A DNA stretch of 64,000 bases from an uncultured Nitrososphaeraceae archaeon (GTDB taxonomy: Archaea > Thermoproteota > Nitrososphaeria > Nitrososphaerales > Nitrososphaeraceae). The stretch is from the NCBI GenBank assembly GCA_963779615.1, contig CAVZZA010000001.1, forward strand, positions 416,001 through 480,000. The letters are read 5' to 3'. Each line of letters starts with the position of its first letter. The stretch's first letter is position 1. Positions 43,749 through 54,073 of the stretch are shown in pieces. The position numbers and the translations under genes are program-made. The notes beneath the pieces were generated by a model that did no database searches, had not been told where the DNA came from, and saw nothing but the letters and a program-made list of their open reading frames with translations.

Positions 43749-45407
43749 GTGACGGTTAATAACAATTTATCTAAAATAATTTCTTTTGTAACCAGCAAAG
43801 GCTTTCAAATCCACCCTGACGCGTTATTCTTAATAGAAAAACTAAAGGATGACTATTCTCAAATTATAGAGGATATCCTTTCAGACAAGAGAAAGAAGAA
43901 AGAAGAATCAATGGTCATAATAACAGACGATATAAAAAATTTTGTAAAGGATTCATCATTTACAATATCTACTGAAAACAACAAGAACAAATTAATTGTT
44001 TCTGCAGCAGGAGCAACAGAAGAGCATGATCAATACAGTGAAGATAAGGAAATATCAAAAGAACACTCGAGTCTATATTCAACCAAAAAAGATAGACTTT
44101 ATAAACACAGGGAGATAACGGAGGAAGGTTTTAAAATCGTCTATGATTCGAACGATAAAATTAATAGCGGGGAAGGAGTAGAGGGATATGCATCGCTATT
44201 TAGAAGCAGATACGAAAAATCACTAAAGATACTTTCCCTAAGGCAAGACAGCAAGAAGGTAAAAAAGATAGAAATAATTAAACAACTGTTTAATCAGTCA
44301 AAAATAAACTATAATTCAATGTCCAAAGAACTTTCTAATAATTCGTTATTTGTGGCAGGATTGATAATGAATAAGGACATAAAAAACAACAACTATGATA
44401 TAACCATCGACGATCAAACGGGTTTGCTAACAGCTACCACCTATAATGACGAATTAAAAAAACAGATTTCCATGCTAACTGTGGATCAAATGGTCATGAT
44501 CGAGTTTGAGAATAACTTACAAAGGAAAAAGAACACAATTAAAAACTTATTTTCTTTGGATATTCCCGATAGGATTCCAAATAAATCAAAATCAGAAATA
44601 TTCAGTATTTTGATTTCTGACTTACACATAGGGAGCAAATTTTTCATGGAAAAAGAATTCCAAAACTTTTTGGAATGGCTCAATGGGAAAAAAGAGGGGG
44701 GGGAAGGGGAAGGGGAAAATAATGACGACATTATCGCTAAAATAAAATATATTTGTATTTGTGGGGATTTGATAGATGGTATTGGAATATTCCCAAACCA
44801 AGATAAAGAACTGTTGGAAAAAGATTCTTTTTCTCAAATGGACCATGCAATAAGCATTTTGTCAAAAATACCAAAACATATGAAAGTTTTCCTGATACCA
44901 GGGAACCATGATTTAGGGAGAAGAGCATTGCCCCAACCGGCTATACCAAAAAAATACGCAGAAAAATTATACTCTTTGGATAATGTTACCATGTTGGGAA
45001 ATCCATGTATGATCAATATGGAGGGAATAAAGATACTGATGTTTCATGGTCAAAGCCTAGATGACATAATTGCATCCATTCCAGGTCTTAGTTATTCCAA
45101 ACCTGCAGAAGCTATGAAAGTATTGCTAAAATCTAGGCATCTTTCACCAATATATGGTCAAAGGACACCCATCGCCCCGGAAAAGGAAGACATGATGATA
45201 ATAGAGGAGGTTCCGGATGTACTTCACTCAGGCCATGTCCATGTAATAGACGTGGATAGCTATAAAGGAACATTGCTGGTGAATTCGGGGGCATGGCAAT
45301 CCCAGACCCCTTTCCAGCAAACAATGGGCATAACACCAACACCCGGAATAGCAATAGCAATTAACCTGTCCAATTTAAAACCCTATAAAGTCGATTTTAA
45401 TAGTTAG
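43749..45407 (+). CDS. polB: DNA polymerase D small subunit (DP1)
   Basis: SDLHIGS, GDLIDG, PGNHD, FHG and HSGHVH phosphoesterase motifs. Confidence 0.96.
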   Translation: MTVNNNLSKIISFVTSKGFQIHPDALFLIEKLKDDYSQIIEDILSDKRKKKEESMVIITDDIKNFVKDSSFTISTENNKNKLIVSAAGATEEHDQYSEDKEISKEHSSLYSTKKDRLYKHREITEEGFKIVYDSNDKINSGEGVEGYASLFRSRYEKSLKILSLRQDSKKVKKIEIIKQLFNQSKINYNSMSKELSNNSLFVAGLIMNKDIKNNNYDITIDDQTGLLTATTYNDELKKQISMLTVDQMVMIEFENNLQRKKNTIKNLFSLDIPDRIPNKSKSEIFSILISDLHIGSKFFMEKEFQNFLEWLNGKKEGGEGEGENNDDIIAKIKYICICGDLIDGIGIFPNQDKELLEKDSFSQMDHAISILSKIPKHMKVFLIPGNHDLGRRALPQPAIPKKYAEKLYSLDNVTMLGNPCMINMEGIKILMFHGQSLDDIIASIPGLSYSKPAEAMKVLLKSRHLSPIYGQRTPIAPEKEDMMIIEEVPDVLHSGHVHVIDVDSYKGTLLVNSGAWQSQTPFQQTMGITPTPGIAIAINLSNLKPYKVDFNS

Positions 45408-45438
45408 GATGCCTAAACACACTCACTTGCTTGCTTAC

Positions 45439-48400
45439 CTAAAGGAAATCAAGAAGGGTGGGTTGGCTTTCTTTTGTTTTAAAAATAAAATTTAATTCGA
45501 CAATCAGGGATTCAACCCGGCTTTTTAGGTAACCCGTAACTTTGAAATTATTACACAGATCTTCTGCTAGAGCCACGTATTTTTCAACGGACCCCCGTGT
45601 CACTGTTTGTAACAAGGTATTTCCACACCCCAAGCATTTACCCAATAAGGGGATTCTTCTGTATTTCTCGCCGCATTTATTACACCTAAATGACTGTGAT
45701 GAATATGAACGCATGTTACCCATTATATCAGGTATTATGTGTGTAGTTAATACCATTGAGATAACCTCGTTTGTATCTACAGAGTTTATCAAATTAGCGG
45801 TAGAAATTTGCATTTCCAATTTTTCCCTCATTGTATTTAGGGTAGAATAGGCACTACGGTTATCATTGGAAATGAGAACATTACTATGATGGGTATACCC
45901 ATAATCATAAAACTGTCTGTCCTCACCTATCCTATTTTTCAATATTTCAATCAAATTAGAGGCATCAGACGCTTTGACTCCCTGCTGCCATGTGTAATTG
46001 TAAAACTCAAGCGGGTATTTTTCATCTATATCAACAGTGTGCGCTTGCCTTTGTACCTCATGTGGCAATATGATTGGTTGGATAAGCAAAGGTGCATCCA
46101 TTAATCCACCTATTTTGTCTGGTAAAAATGAGTATGAAAAATTTAAAAATGCATCAGATAACAGCATGATGGAATCAGCATCACCATCGCAGTCCCTTCG
46201 TTTGGCAGAATGCCATATGGGGGAACCCAAGCAGACTTGTGACTCTGTAAATCCTATAATTCGCCCAATAATACCAACAGAGGTGTGGGGTGCTAGTCCA
46301 ACTATTAATTGTCCAACCAAGTCATCAACAGAGTAGGCATTGTAAAATGGAGATAAATTGTATATTGCCACTAATTCTTCATCAATGAATTTAGCAGTTT
46401 TTAACAAGTGTTTTGCAGATTCTAAAGGGATGATAACATCCTGATTTAAGAGCTCTATGACTTGGTCACTGGAATTTATTTCATTGTTGTACCAATCTCG
46501 CGTGTAACCCAGGTCATGCAGTTTTGGAATGGAAATATTAATAAAAGCGGGCATAAAATGCGTAAGAGGCTCATTTGTGGCATCGAATCTTATTGTGCCA
46601 TCTTTAAACACCGATAACCCATATTTTTGCCTTAGGACACCCTTTTCAATGGGTTCTGCTTCCTTATCTTTACCCATCAGGGATTTTACACCCTTCAATG
46701 GGGAACTTATTCTACAACCTAATTTTGTCTCGGCTTTTTCAAGGACATTTTTTAGCGGGAACTGAATTGGGGAAAATGTTTTATAATCGTTACCACATTT
46801 TATACATTTATTTTTTCTTTTATCATCATTGAGGGTGTCAAAGGAAATTTCTGATGATTCCACTTTACATACCTTGCAGATAACTTTGATAGGTGTAGGG
46901 GTGTCACAATAAATGCAATTAGTGCTTAATGATGGGATATTGCATTTACGGCAAAATCGGTTTGATTTTTCAGAGTAAAAAGAAGATGAGCCTGACGCCT
47001 TTAATATATCCCGCATAGGCCCGCCTTTGCTGCCAACTGGAAATAGGACATGAATTGGTGGTTTCATCTTACGTTCTGCGGCTTTTTCCGGCCTACCAAC
47101 TCTTACAGAAATAGAGGAAGAAAATTTTGGGCGTATTTTTATGCCAGAAACAAGGTTTAACAAATCAACGACTTTGAAATCATTCTCCTTATTTTCGGCT
47201 AAAAGGTTAATTTTGTCCTGCAGCTTGAAAATTTGTTTGTCTTTTTTTAATAGAGCAAGAAGGTCTGGTATGGAAATGGAGACGGGAAAGGCATTAGTTA
47301 AAAAATATTGGTGCTGAATTTCAGGTATGCATAAACAAATTAAAGAAACGGCCTGGGGGTGATCTGATAAAATTATAGCTTGTTTGGTACTATCAATTTT
47401 ATGGAATACACCTAGTTTCTCAAGGATAGCTTTCAAGTCATGGTTATACGAAATTTCGATTATTTGTTTACTATAACTACCTTCAGTGATAGACAATAAG
47501 GCATTTCGGATGAACAAAAACTCTCTTAGATTAATGGATTCCCAATAAAAGGAATATTTTGGATGTAGTGGGATATTAAACTGTGAAGATATCATTAATG
47601 CTTCCTCAATAGAGGGTATTTTTGTAAATGGATTTAGGCAAAACTCAACTAATTCATTATATTTTAAACCATGAGATTTATTATCGATTTCTTTTATTTC
47701 TTTTACCCTTTCAAATAATTCTAATGCCCAAATCTCTTCAACATAACTCGCAGGTAATAGCTGCGCATTATTTTCTAAAAAATCACCATAGCTTATTAAA
47801 ATGTCACCCAAATACAATATTTTATCGATTTGAGTTTTTAAGTTCTGTGCCTGTTCTTTAGTATTAATCTGTAAAACAGTCCCATCGTTTAATTTTACAA
47901 TAGGGGGTTCAATGGTGTCTATTAGGGCAATGGTTGAAGCCTTGCCCGGTACATCCATTTTTATTTGAGTGCCAACAACAATAGCATTTTGCAACAAAAC
48001 AGGGATGGTATTATGGATTCCTACTGTTGCGAAACCAGTATTAAAACATCGTCCATAACGCAACCTAAATCCTCCAATATTTTTGTTCATCGATAAAACT
48101 GGCCTCCCAGTTATAACTTCAGACATCCTATGGCTTACCGTATCATCGTTTCCGGTTTGAATTGCCCCTTTTAACCTTCCAAGCCAATCCCAGCCTTCAA
48201 TGCTTAATGTTTCTACCAATTTTGAAAGTTTTCTGCTTCTTCCAATTAAGCCATCATTCATAACTCTAAGAGCCCCACCCCTAACCCTATTAGTTTGGAT
48301 TCTCTTTAATCCGCGATGGATTACTAATTCAACGGGATCGGTATCTACCCCAGCCAGCTCAACTGGCAGGTTTGAAATGCAATTATTAATATCTTCGTCC

Positions 48401-49041
48401 AATACCTTAAATTGGAAGTTGCCTACCTCCCTTTCGTATAGTCTTAATTCCTCAATAAATCTTCCTGTTTCATCATCAAATGAATTAGCTTGATATTTAT
48501 CAAGTCCAGTAACCTTTCTAACTTGGTCTGCAATCAACATAGTAAGGGCAGCTTCGGTTCCTCCTGCTGACCGTATGGGGCCGGCAAAAGAAACGGAAAG
48601 ATAGTGTGACCCATCCTTATTGTCCTTAATCTGTACATCTGATATCCCTTGCAGGGGTGCTACAGTAACTCCCTCTGTTACAACAGCCAAGCTTACCCTA
48701 ACTGCGTTCTCTAACCGTGTTTTAAGGTCACCAGTTCCGTACTCTCCAAGTGCAATTTCCTCAGCAATTTTTAAAGCTGCCTTTTCCTTTGTGGTATGGC
48801 TTAGCAGGGACCTCAATCTATCGGAAATATCAATATTGTGCATTTTTGCTACTCTGTCAGATAGATCATATGCTATTTTTGGCTCCACAGTGGTAGTAAT
48901 ATCATATCCTTTTTGTCTCGCTTTGCGGATTTGAGCGTATAGTTTGTTGACCTGTTCCAAAATATTTATTTGGTAGTCAACATAATGCTGTGGAATTGAT
49001 ATACTTTTTAATCTTATTTTAGCTTCATCTACTAAAGTCAT
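45439..49041 (-). CDS. polC: DNA polymerase D large subunit (DP2)
   Basis: AGPIRSAGGT, RLRYGR, GRPEKA, RRDCDGDADS catalytic motif and C-terminal Zn finger. Confidence 0.97.
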   Translation of the reverse strand: MTLVDEAKIRLKSISIPQHYVDYQINILEQVNKLYAQIRKARQKGYDITTTVEPKIAYDLSDRVAKMHNIDISDRLRSLLSHTTKEKAALKIAEEIALGEYGTGDLKTRLENAVRVSLAVVTEGVTVAPLQGISDVQIKDNKDGSHYLSVSFAGPIRSAGGTEAALTMLIADQVRKVTGLDKYQANSFDDETGRFIEELRLYEREVGNFQFKVLDEDINNCISNLPVELAGVDTDPVELVIHRGLKRIQTNRVRGGALRVMNDGLIGRSRKLSKLVETLSIEGWDWLGRLKGAIQTGNDDTVSHRMSEVITGRPVLSMNKNIGGFRLRYGRCFNTGFATVGIHNTIPVLLQNAIVVGTQIKMDVPGKASTIALIDTIEPPIVKLNDGTVLQINTKEQAQNLKTQIDKILYLGDILISYGDFLENNAQLLPASYVEEIWALELFERVKEIKEIDNKSHGLKYNELVEFCLNPFTKIPSIEEALMISSQFNIPLHPKYSFYWESINLREFLFIRNALLSITEGSYSKQIIEISYNHDLKAILEKLGVFHKIDSTKQAIILSDHPQAVSLICLCIPEIQHQYFLTNAFPVSISIPDLLALLKKDKQIFKLQDKINLLAENKENDFKVVDLLNLVSGIKIRPKFSSSISVRVGRPEKAAERKMKPPIHVLFPVGSKGGPMRDILKASGSSSFYSEKSNRFCRKCNIPSLSTNCIYCDTPTPIKVICKVCKVESSEISFDTLNDDKRKNKCIKCGNDYKTFSPIQFPLKNVLEKAETKLGCRISSPLKGVKSLMGKDKEAEPIEKGVLRQKYGLSVFKDGTIRFDATNEPLTHFMPAFINISIPKLHDLGYTRDWYNNEINSSDQVIELLNQDVIIPLESAKHLLKTAKFIDEELVAIYNLSPFYNAYSVDDLVGQLIVGLAPHTSVGIIGRIIGFTESQVCLGSPIWHSAKRRDCDGDADSIMLLSDAFLNFSYSFLPDKIGGLMDAPLLIQPIILPHEVQRQAHTVDIDEKYPLEFYNYTWQQGVKASDASNLIEILKNRIGEDRQFYDYGYTHHSNVLISNDNRSAYSTLNTMREKLEMQISTANLINSVDTNEVISMVLTTHIIPDIMGNMRSYSSQSFRCNKCGEKYRRIPLLGKCLGCGNTLLQTVTRGSVEKYVALAEDLCNNFKVTGYLKSRVESLIVELNFIFKTKESQPTLLDFL

Positions 49042-49057
49042 GTATATTCAATGGAGT

Positions 49058-49795
49058 TTATGAGCGGATAGCCGCAATGATATTGGAAAATTTTTTTTCC
49101 CATTCAAGATCTTGCTCAAGCAAGGTTCCAATAACTAATATATCAGCCCCCGCATCTGTTAGCTCTTTTGCAACAACCGAATCTTTTATACCCCCACCGA
49201 CAATCAACAAGCCATCAAAGTATTTCCTTACACTAGAAACCATATTAGGAGATATATTTTTATGAGCACCAGAGCCAGCTTCCAAATATACAAACCTCAT
49301 ACCAAGGTATTGTGCGGCAAGTGAATACATAACAGCAATTTTGTTCTTCTCAAAAGGTATTCCTTTAGCACGCCCCACAAACCACGCTGTTGTATTCTCC
49401 CCAATTATTATATACCCTGTTGGCAGGGGCTCTATGCTATATTTTTTTACTAACAAAGATGCCAGTGCCTGTGCGCCTGAAATGAAATAGGGGTCTTCTG
49501 AATTCAATAGTGAGGTAAATAAAATAGCATCAGCGTTGGGAGAAACGCCTGTAACATTTCCAGGAAACAAAATAATAGGAATAGAAAGCACGGATTTTAT
49601 GGAAAGCACTAGTTTGTCTAAATCAAGCTGATCAATTGCTGATGAGCCGCCGACCAAAATGGCCGAAGCACCCAATGATTCAACCCTTTTTGCAACGTGG
49701 GAGACATCCTTAAAATTTTCAGAATCCAATAAAGCAAAGCATATCTTTTTGTGTTTTTTTAGTTCATCATTTATATAGTTTTCTACCCGTTTCAA
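49058..49795 (-). CDS. geranylgeranylglyceryl phosphate synthase
   Basis: ILVGGS, ILFPG, YLEAGSG and VGGGI motifs. Confidence 0.93.
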   Translation of the reverse strand: MKRVENYINDELKKHKKICFALLDSENFKDVSHVAKRVESLGASAILVGGSSAIDQLDLDKLVLSIKSVLSIPIILFPGNVTGVSPNADAILFTSLLNSEDPYFISGAQALASLLVKKYSIEPLPTGYIIIGENTTAWFVGRAKGIPFEKNKIAVMYSLAAQYLGMRFVYLEAGSGAHKNISPNMVSSVRKYFDGLLIVGGGIKDSVVAKELTDAGADILVIGTLLEQDLEWEKKFSNIIAAIRS

Positions 49796-49897
49796 CTTCG
49801 ATAATTAACTTTATTAATTATTTTTAATTTATTGATTATGCTATTGTAAACGCAATAATAAAGATATATAACAAAGCTATACAAAAATGTATAGTTT

Positions 49898-50266
49898 ATG
49901 AGTAATGACAATATTCAAAAAAATTTATTATTCTTAAAAATTGTTGAAAAATCTACATTTACAAACAGGCAAATACAAATTATTCACAATATTTGCAATA
50001 AACAGAATAGACTCAAAGGGATAAGCTCAGGGGCATACTATAGGGAGGTAAAACAATGTAAAGACAAAATAAGAAAATTGTATTATTCCCTTATCCTGTT
50101 AAGTTTAATGGACATTATTAACAATGAGCAACTTATCACGTTAAACCTGGCAGTAGAGAAGCTTTATAAATTAAAAGACAACAATCAGGATATACATCAC
50201 GATGTTCCTCTAAACTCTGTGATGGATGTTATTGAACAGATGCTTAATAAAATGATATTATTGTGA
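49898..50266 (+). CDS. conserved hypothetical protein
   Basis: STFT.RQ and ISSGAYYR motifs; origin-proximal gene. Confidence 0.75.
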   Translation: MSNDNIQKNLLFLKIVEKSTFTNRQIQIIHNICNKQNRLKGISSGAYYREVKQCKDKIRKLYYSLILLSLMDIINNEQLITLNLAVEKLYKLKDNNQDIHHDVPLNSVMDVIEQMLNKMILL

Positions 50267-50359
50267 TGTTTTGGTAAAACATTATCTAAAAAGTATAGCA
50301 CATGTTGACATATAATCACATACAATAAGGTTATATCACACCCGCCCATTAGAAAAACT

Positions 50360-51109
50360 GTGAGCAGCGATATTGCATCACTTGTCTTGGTTTACATCAT
50401 AATTCCATTTGGTTTGGGTTTGAGTTTATTCTCACTGATAATTAAAATCTACAATAAGTTAATGCGTAAAAGTATAGTAAGGCACCAGTTAGCACTGGAA
50501 ATTTCAGGACAACAAGAACAGATAGGAGAACTAAGGGAAAAAATTAATTTATTATCAGAAAACATAGAAATAATATTCTCTAGAACCAATCACACAAATT
50601 CAAAATTAGACAGCATCAATAACACACTAAAAACGCTCGAGGAAAATAGCTTGAATAAGAATTTAACACAATATCATGTAATACCATCCAAGTATACCCA
50701 TCCAAGTGACACAATCACTGAACAATCACATACAAATGATGTCAAAGCATCACACTCGCAGACAGGACAGACAGAAACGCCTAATGATGATCGCCAGAAT
50801 AGCACTATAGAATACATCTTGAAAAAATTAGAAAGTAATTCGCTAACTACAAGGGAAATACAGCAATACATAGGTAGGACCCGCGAGCACACATCGAGAC
50901 TTATGAAAAAATTATATGATGATAAATTTGTGGATAGGGATACAAGTTCTAAGCCTTTCAAATACACAATTACAAGCGAAGGTCATAGACTGTTGATAAA
51001 ATATTCTGTTTCAAAAAGTAATCATCGTTCTGTTTATCTGAAGAATAATGAGAATTTAACAGATGAGTTGGCTGGGACTGGAATTGGGTATCCTGTGAAT
51101 TCACAGTAA
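50360..51109 (+). CDS. membrane-anchored winged-helix protein
   Basis: N-terminal TM, coiled coil, C-terminal TREIQ..IGRTREHTSRLMKKLY...KPFKY.IT.EG wHTH. Confidence 0.85.
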   Translation: MSSDIASLVLVYIIIPFGLGLSLFSLIIKIYNKLMRKSIVRHQLALEISGQQEQIGELREKINLLSENIEIIFSRTNHTNSKLDSINNTLKTLEENSLNKNLTQYHVIPSKYTHPSDTITEQSHTNDVKASHSQTGQTETPNDDRQNSTIEYILKKLESNSLTTREIQQYIGRTREHTSRLMKKLYDDKFVDRDTSSKPFKYTITSEGHRLLIKYSVSKSNHRSVYLKNNENLTDELAGTGIGYPVNSQ

Positions 51110-51567
51110 CATCTTTTTGAACTCTTATCAATTTATAAATCCATTCTTTTCCCCTTTTACTTCTCATCAATTTGTTTTTTTCAAAGTACCTGGATAAATA
51201 CGTGGATATCAAGCTTAATTGTAATTTTTCACCATACAGGCTTTCATAGGATTCGGTAACATTTGAAGAGGTGAAGGAACTAAAGGCAAAGTTTTTCTCA
51301 ATAAGAGCCCATATTCTTGACTCTATAGAATTTAGGGATGGGTCTATTCTACTGGTGTCTTTTAGGTACATTGTTATTGTTGGTTGAATTGTAGCTTGGT
51401 TTAGCCTCCAAAGCAATGTGGTCTTCTTTTGAAATATTTAATGATTCCACTAACTGAAGAACCTTCTGAATTTTGTCTTTTGATAGATTGCCCTCTAATG
51501 ACAGATTGTATTTTCCACCGTCATCATCTTCCAACTCTATTTTTATCTTTTTCTTTCCAGTGGACAA
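50970..51567 (-). CDS. conserved hypothetical wHTH-like protein, split by a +1 frameshift
   Basis: ORFs 51349-51567 and 50970-51416 fuse if one base of the run at 51360-51363 is removed. Confidence 0.75.
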
Positions 51568-51725
51568 TCTATCGTCTCTGTGAACTTGACAGCATGTGTG
51601 AACTTAACAATATAGTGTTAATTTAGATAACTAAAAGCTAAGTTTTTTTTTACCAAAACAAAGGTAGGTTTAACATCATTTGAAAGCTAAATGATAACAA
51701 TTTATCTGTAAATTGATTAATAAAG

Positions 51726-52047
51726 GTTCCAGTGGAAATAAAGGGGTTGATTCACGGTTGTTAGCTTTGTTAAAAATACAGGTACTGTTCCAGTGGAAAT
51801 AAAGGGGTTGATTCACGGTTGTTAACAGAAGATTATTATCTGTTAAGCACAATGTTAATATATAATAAAAACTCCCAGACCCCTTAGTTTCTAATGCAAT
51901 TATATTATTTTACGTTTAATTATATTAATATATATTTTAATATTTAGTTAATAAAAGTTGATTAAGTGCTTTATAAATAAATGTAAACAAAAGTTAACAT
52001 ATTTACAATGTTATTATCTTATACCATTCGAATAGAAAGAAAGGGGT
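51726..52047. other. chromosomal replication origin (oriC) with ORB elements and AT-rich unwinding region
   Basis: TTCCAGTGGAAATAAAGGGGT at 51727 and 51788, inverted degenerate ORB at 51879-51899, degenerate ORB at 52027-52047, AT-rich tracts, directly upstream of cdc6. Confidence 0.93.
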
Positions 52048-52091
52048 GTCTGTGTTAAAATACCGCAAACAAAGGCTGGGAGAAAGAGATA

Positions 52092-53303
52092 ATGGATTCG
52101 GACTATTTGGATAACATTTTTGAAAAGGCAGTAATTGGTAATAATTTGATTAAAAATAGAAAAACACTAACAATAGATTATGTTCCAGAAAGACTCCCAT
52201 TTCGTGATGAAGAATCAAAAACTATTGCTCAAGTATTATCTGTGGTCCTAAAAAATGGAAGACCATCAAACCTTTTGGTTTTTGGAAAACCCGGAACGGG
52301 CAAAACAGCAGTTGTGAAAAATGTAATTAACAGGTTAAAAAAAAAATCAATAGAACATGGAATAGAAATAACTGTTACTATAGTCAATGCAAAGACCGCA
52401 AATACTTCCTACAAGGTATTGTATGATATTGCAGAGGACATGGGGACAAATAAAATTGATAAAAAATTAAAAGTTTATTTTACCGGATTATCCATGGGGG
52501 AAGCAACGGATCGGATTCTTGAATACGTAAAAAAAAATAATCTTCATGTGATTCTAGTCATAGATGAAATAGATTCTTTGGTGGATAGAAACGGTGATGA
52601 CATTCTATATAGTTTTACTAGGGCCAATGAACGATTATTAGAATCAGGTTTTATGTCTCTAATAGGTATATCCAACAGTTTAACATTTAAAGATAAATTG
52701 GATCCGAGGGTCAGAAGCAGTTTAAGTGAAGAAGAATTGGTATTCAACCCATATACAGTACTTCAATTAAAAGAAATTCTGTATGAACGTGCACAACTTG
52801 CTTTTAGTGAAGGATCCATCTCTCCATCTTCAATTAATTTATGTGCTGCAGTTGCTGGAAAGGAAAATGGTGATGCTAGAAAAGCAATAGATCTTTTAAG
52901 GGTAGCTGCAGAGATAGCTGAAAGAGAGCGAGCACAAATAGTTATTGAAAAACATATTAGAGAAGCGCAAGAAAAAATAGAAAAAGACACTAATTATGAA
53001 GTAATAAAGAATTCAACAACCCACACAAAATTAGTAGTTCTTTCCATATTGAAGTCTCAAACTGGGATGACTGGAGAAGTTTATGATATCTATGTTTCAT
53101 TATGTAAAATAATAGAACAGGATACGTTGACACAACGTAGAATTACTCAAATAGTAAGCGAATTAGATCAATTGGGATTAATCACTTCAAATGTAGTAAG
53201 TCATGGACGTTACGGGCGCTCTCAAATAATAAAAATTGCAGTTTCTTCTAATACAATAACAAATGCATTAAAGGAAGATTCTTTTTTATCTGTATTATTA
53301 TGA
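52092..53303 (+). CDS. cdc6: Orc1/Cdc6 replication initiator
   Basis: DYVP..LP.R, GKPGTGKT, IDEID, DPRVRSSL, GDARKAIDLLR and C-terminal wH domain. Confidence 0.97.
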   Translation: MDSDYLDNIFEKAVIGNNLIKNRKTLTIDYVPERLPFRDEESKTIAQVLSVVLKNGRPSNLLVFGKPGTGKTAVVKNVINRLKKKSIEHGIEITVTIVNAKTANTSYKVLYDIAEDMGTNKIDKKLKVYFTGLSMGEATDRILEYVKKNNLHVILVIDEIDSLVDRNGDDILYSFTRANERLLESGFMSLIGISNSLTFKDKLDPRVRSSLSEEELVFNPYTVLQLKEILYERAQLAFSEGSISPSSINLCAAVAGKENGDARKAIDLLRVAAEIAERERAQIVIEKHIREAQEKIEKDTNYEVIKNSTTHTKLVVLSILKSQTGMTGEVYDIYVSLCKIIEQDTLTQRRITQIVSELDQLGLITSNVVSHGRYGRSQIIKIAVSSNTITNALKEDSFLSVLL

Positions 53304-53324
53304 GTCAACTATTTCGATTTACTA

Positions 53325-53391
53325 TGATCAAAGGACATGATCAAATGTTCTGATCAAAAGATATGATCGAAAGAACAGCTTTTTATAAATA
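53325..53391 (+). promoter_or_regulatory. four TGATC(A/G) boxes at 13-bp period followed by a TATA box
   Basis: TGATCA at 53325, 53338 and 53351, TGATCG at 53364; TTTTATAAATA at ~53381-53391. Confidence 0.7.
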
Positions 53392-53420
53392 CTTGGTCAA
53401 CATTGTTCTATTCGATAATA

Positions 53421-53675
53421 ATGAAATATAGAAGTAGAACAGAAATAACTGTGTTAATTCTAGAAGCAGCAAATGGGGGAGCCACCAAGACAAAAATCAT
53501 GTACAAATCATTCCTTTCATATGCACAGTTAAAAGAGTACTTTTCAATGTTGATAGAGAATGCATTGATAGAATATGAGGATGGAACACAAAAGTACAGG
53601 ACAACAGAAAAAGGTTTGCAGCTATTAAAAATATATAATCAGATAGAAGAATTAATTCCAAATACCATCAAATAA
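53421..53675 (+). CDS. winged-helix transcriptional regulator, copy 1
   Basis: MKYRSRTEIT..ILEAANGGATKTKIMY...TTEKG; ATG ~30 nt after the TATA box. Confidence 0.9.
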   Translation: MKYRSRTEITVLILEAANGGATKTKIMYKSFLSYAQLKEYFSMLIENALIEYEDGTQKYRTTEKGLQLLKIYNQIEELIPNTIK

Positions 53676-53716
53676 TTTTTTATTTTTTAACAAATCAACA
53701 TCTTTTTGCTATTATA

Positions 53717-54073
53717 TTACTTAACTTTCAACATATGATGATTTGAAATATCTGCCGTTCCTTCTTTATAATTTACAACAACTGTATCCCCTATATTATA
53801 ATTGCAGTTATTTATTCCTCTGGGATGGTCAGGTGTATCTACAACACATACTCCATTATTTCTATTAATTACTTTAACTTGGGCCGAAACATCTTCCCTG
53901 ATTAAATTTTTAATAGGAAAAACAAAAACTCCCAAAACAACAAAAACTCCCAAAACAACAAATCCAAATATGATAAGTAATTTTTTAGTGGAGGGCTCTG
54001 AGTTTATTTTATCATAACCAAATGACATACAATTATTGATATTGCTAGACTTAAAAAACTGTCGAAATATCAT
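53717..54073 (-). CDS. small membrane-anchored hypothetical protein
   Basis: TM helix with a duplicated FVVLGV (18-bp tandem repeat) and a beta-rich C-terminal domain with two Cys. Confidence 0.7.
   Translation of the reverse strand: MIFRQFFKSSNINNCMSFGYDKINSEPSTKKLLIIFGFVVLGVFVVLGVFVFPIKNLIREDVSAQVKVINRNNGVCVVDTPDHPRGINNCNYNIGDTVVVNYKEGTADISNHHMLKVK

Noticed and set aside
45439-49041. Possible intein in DP2 (1200 aa)
   Set aside because: No C...HN/C splice motifs or LAGLIDADG blocks; the extra length looks like ordinary loop insertions
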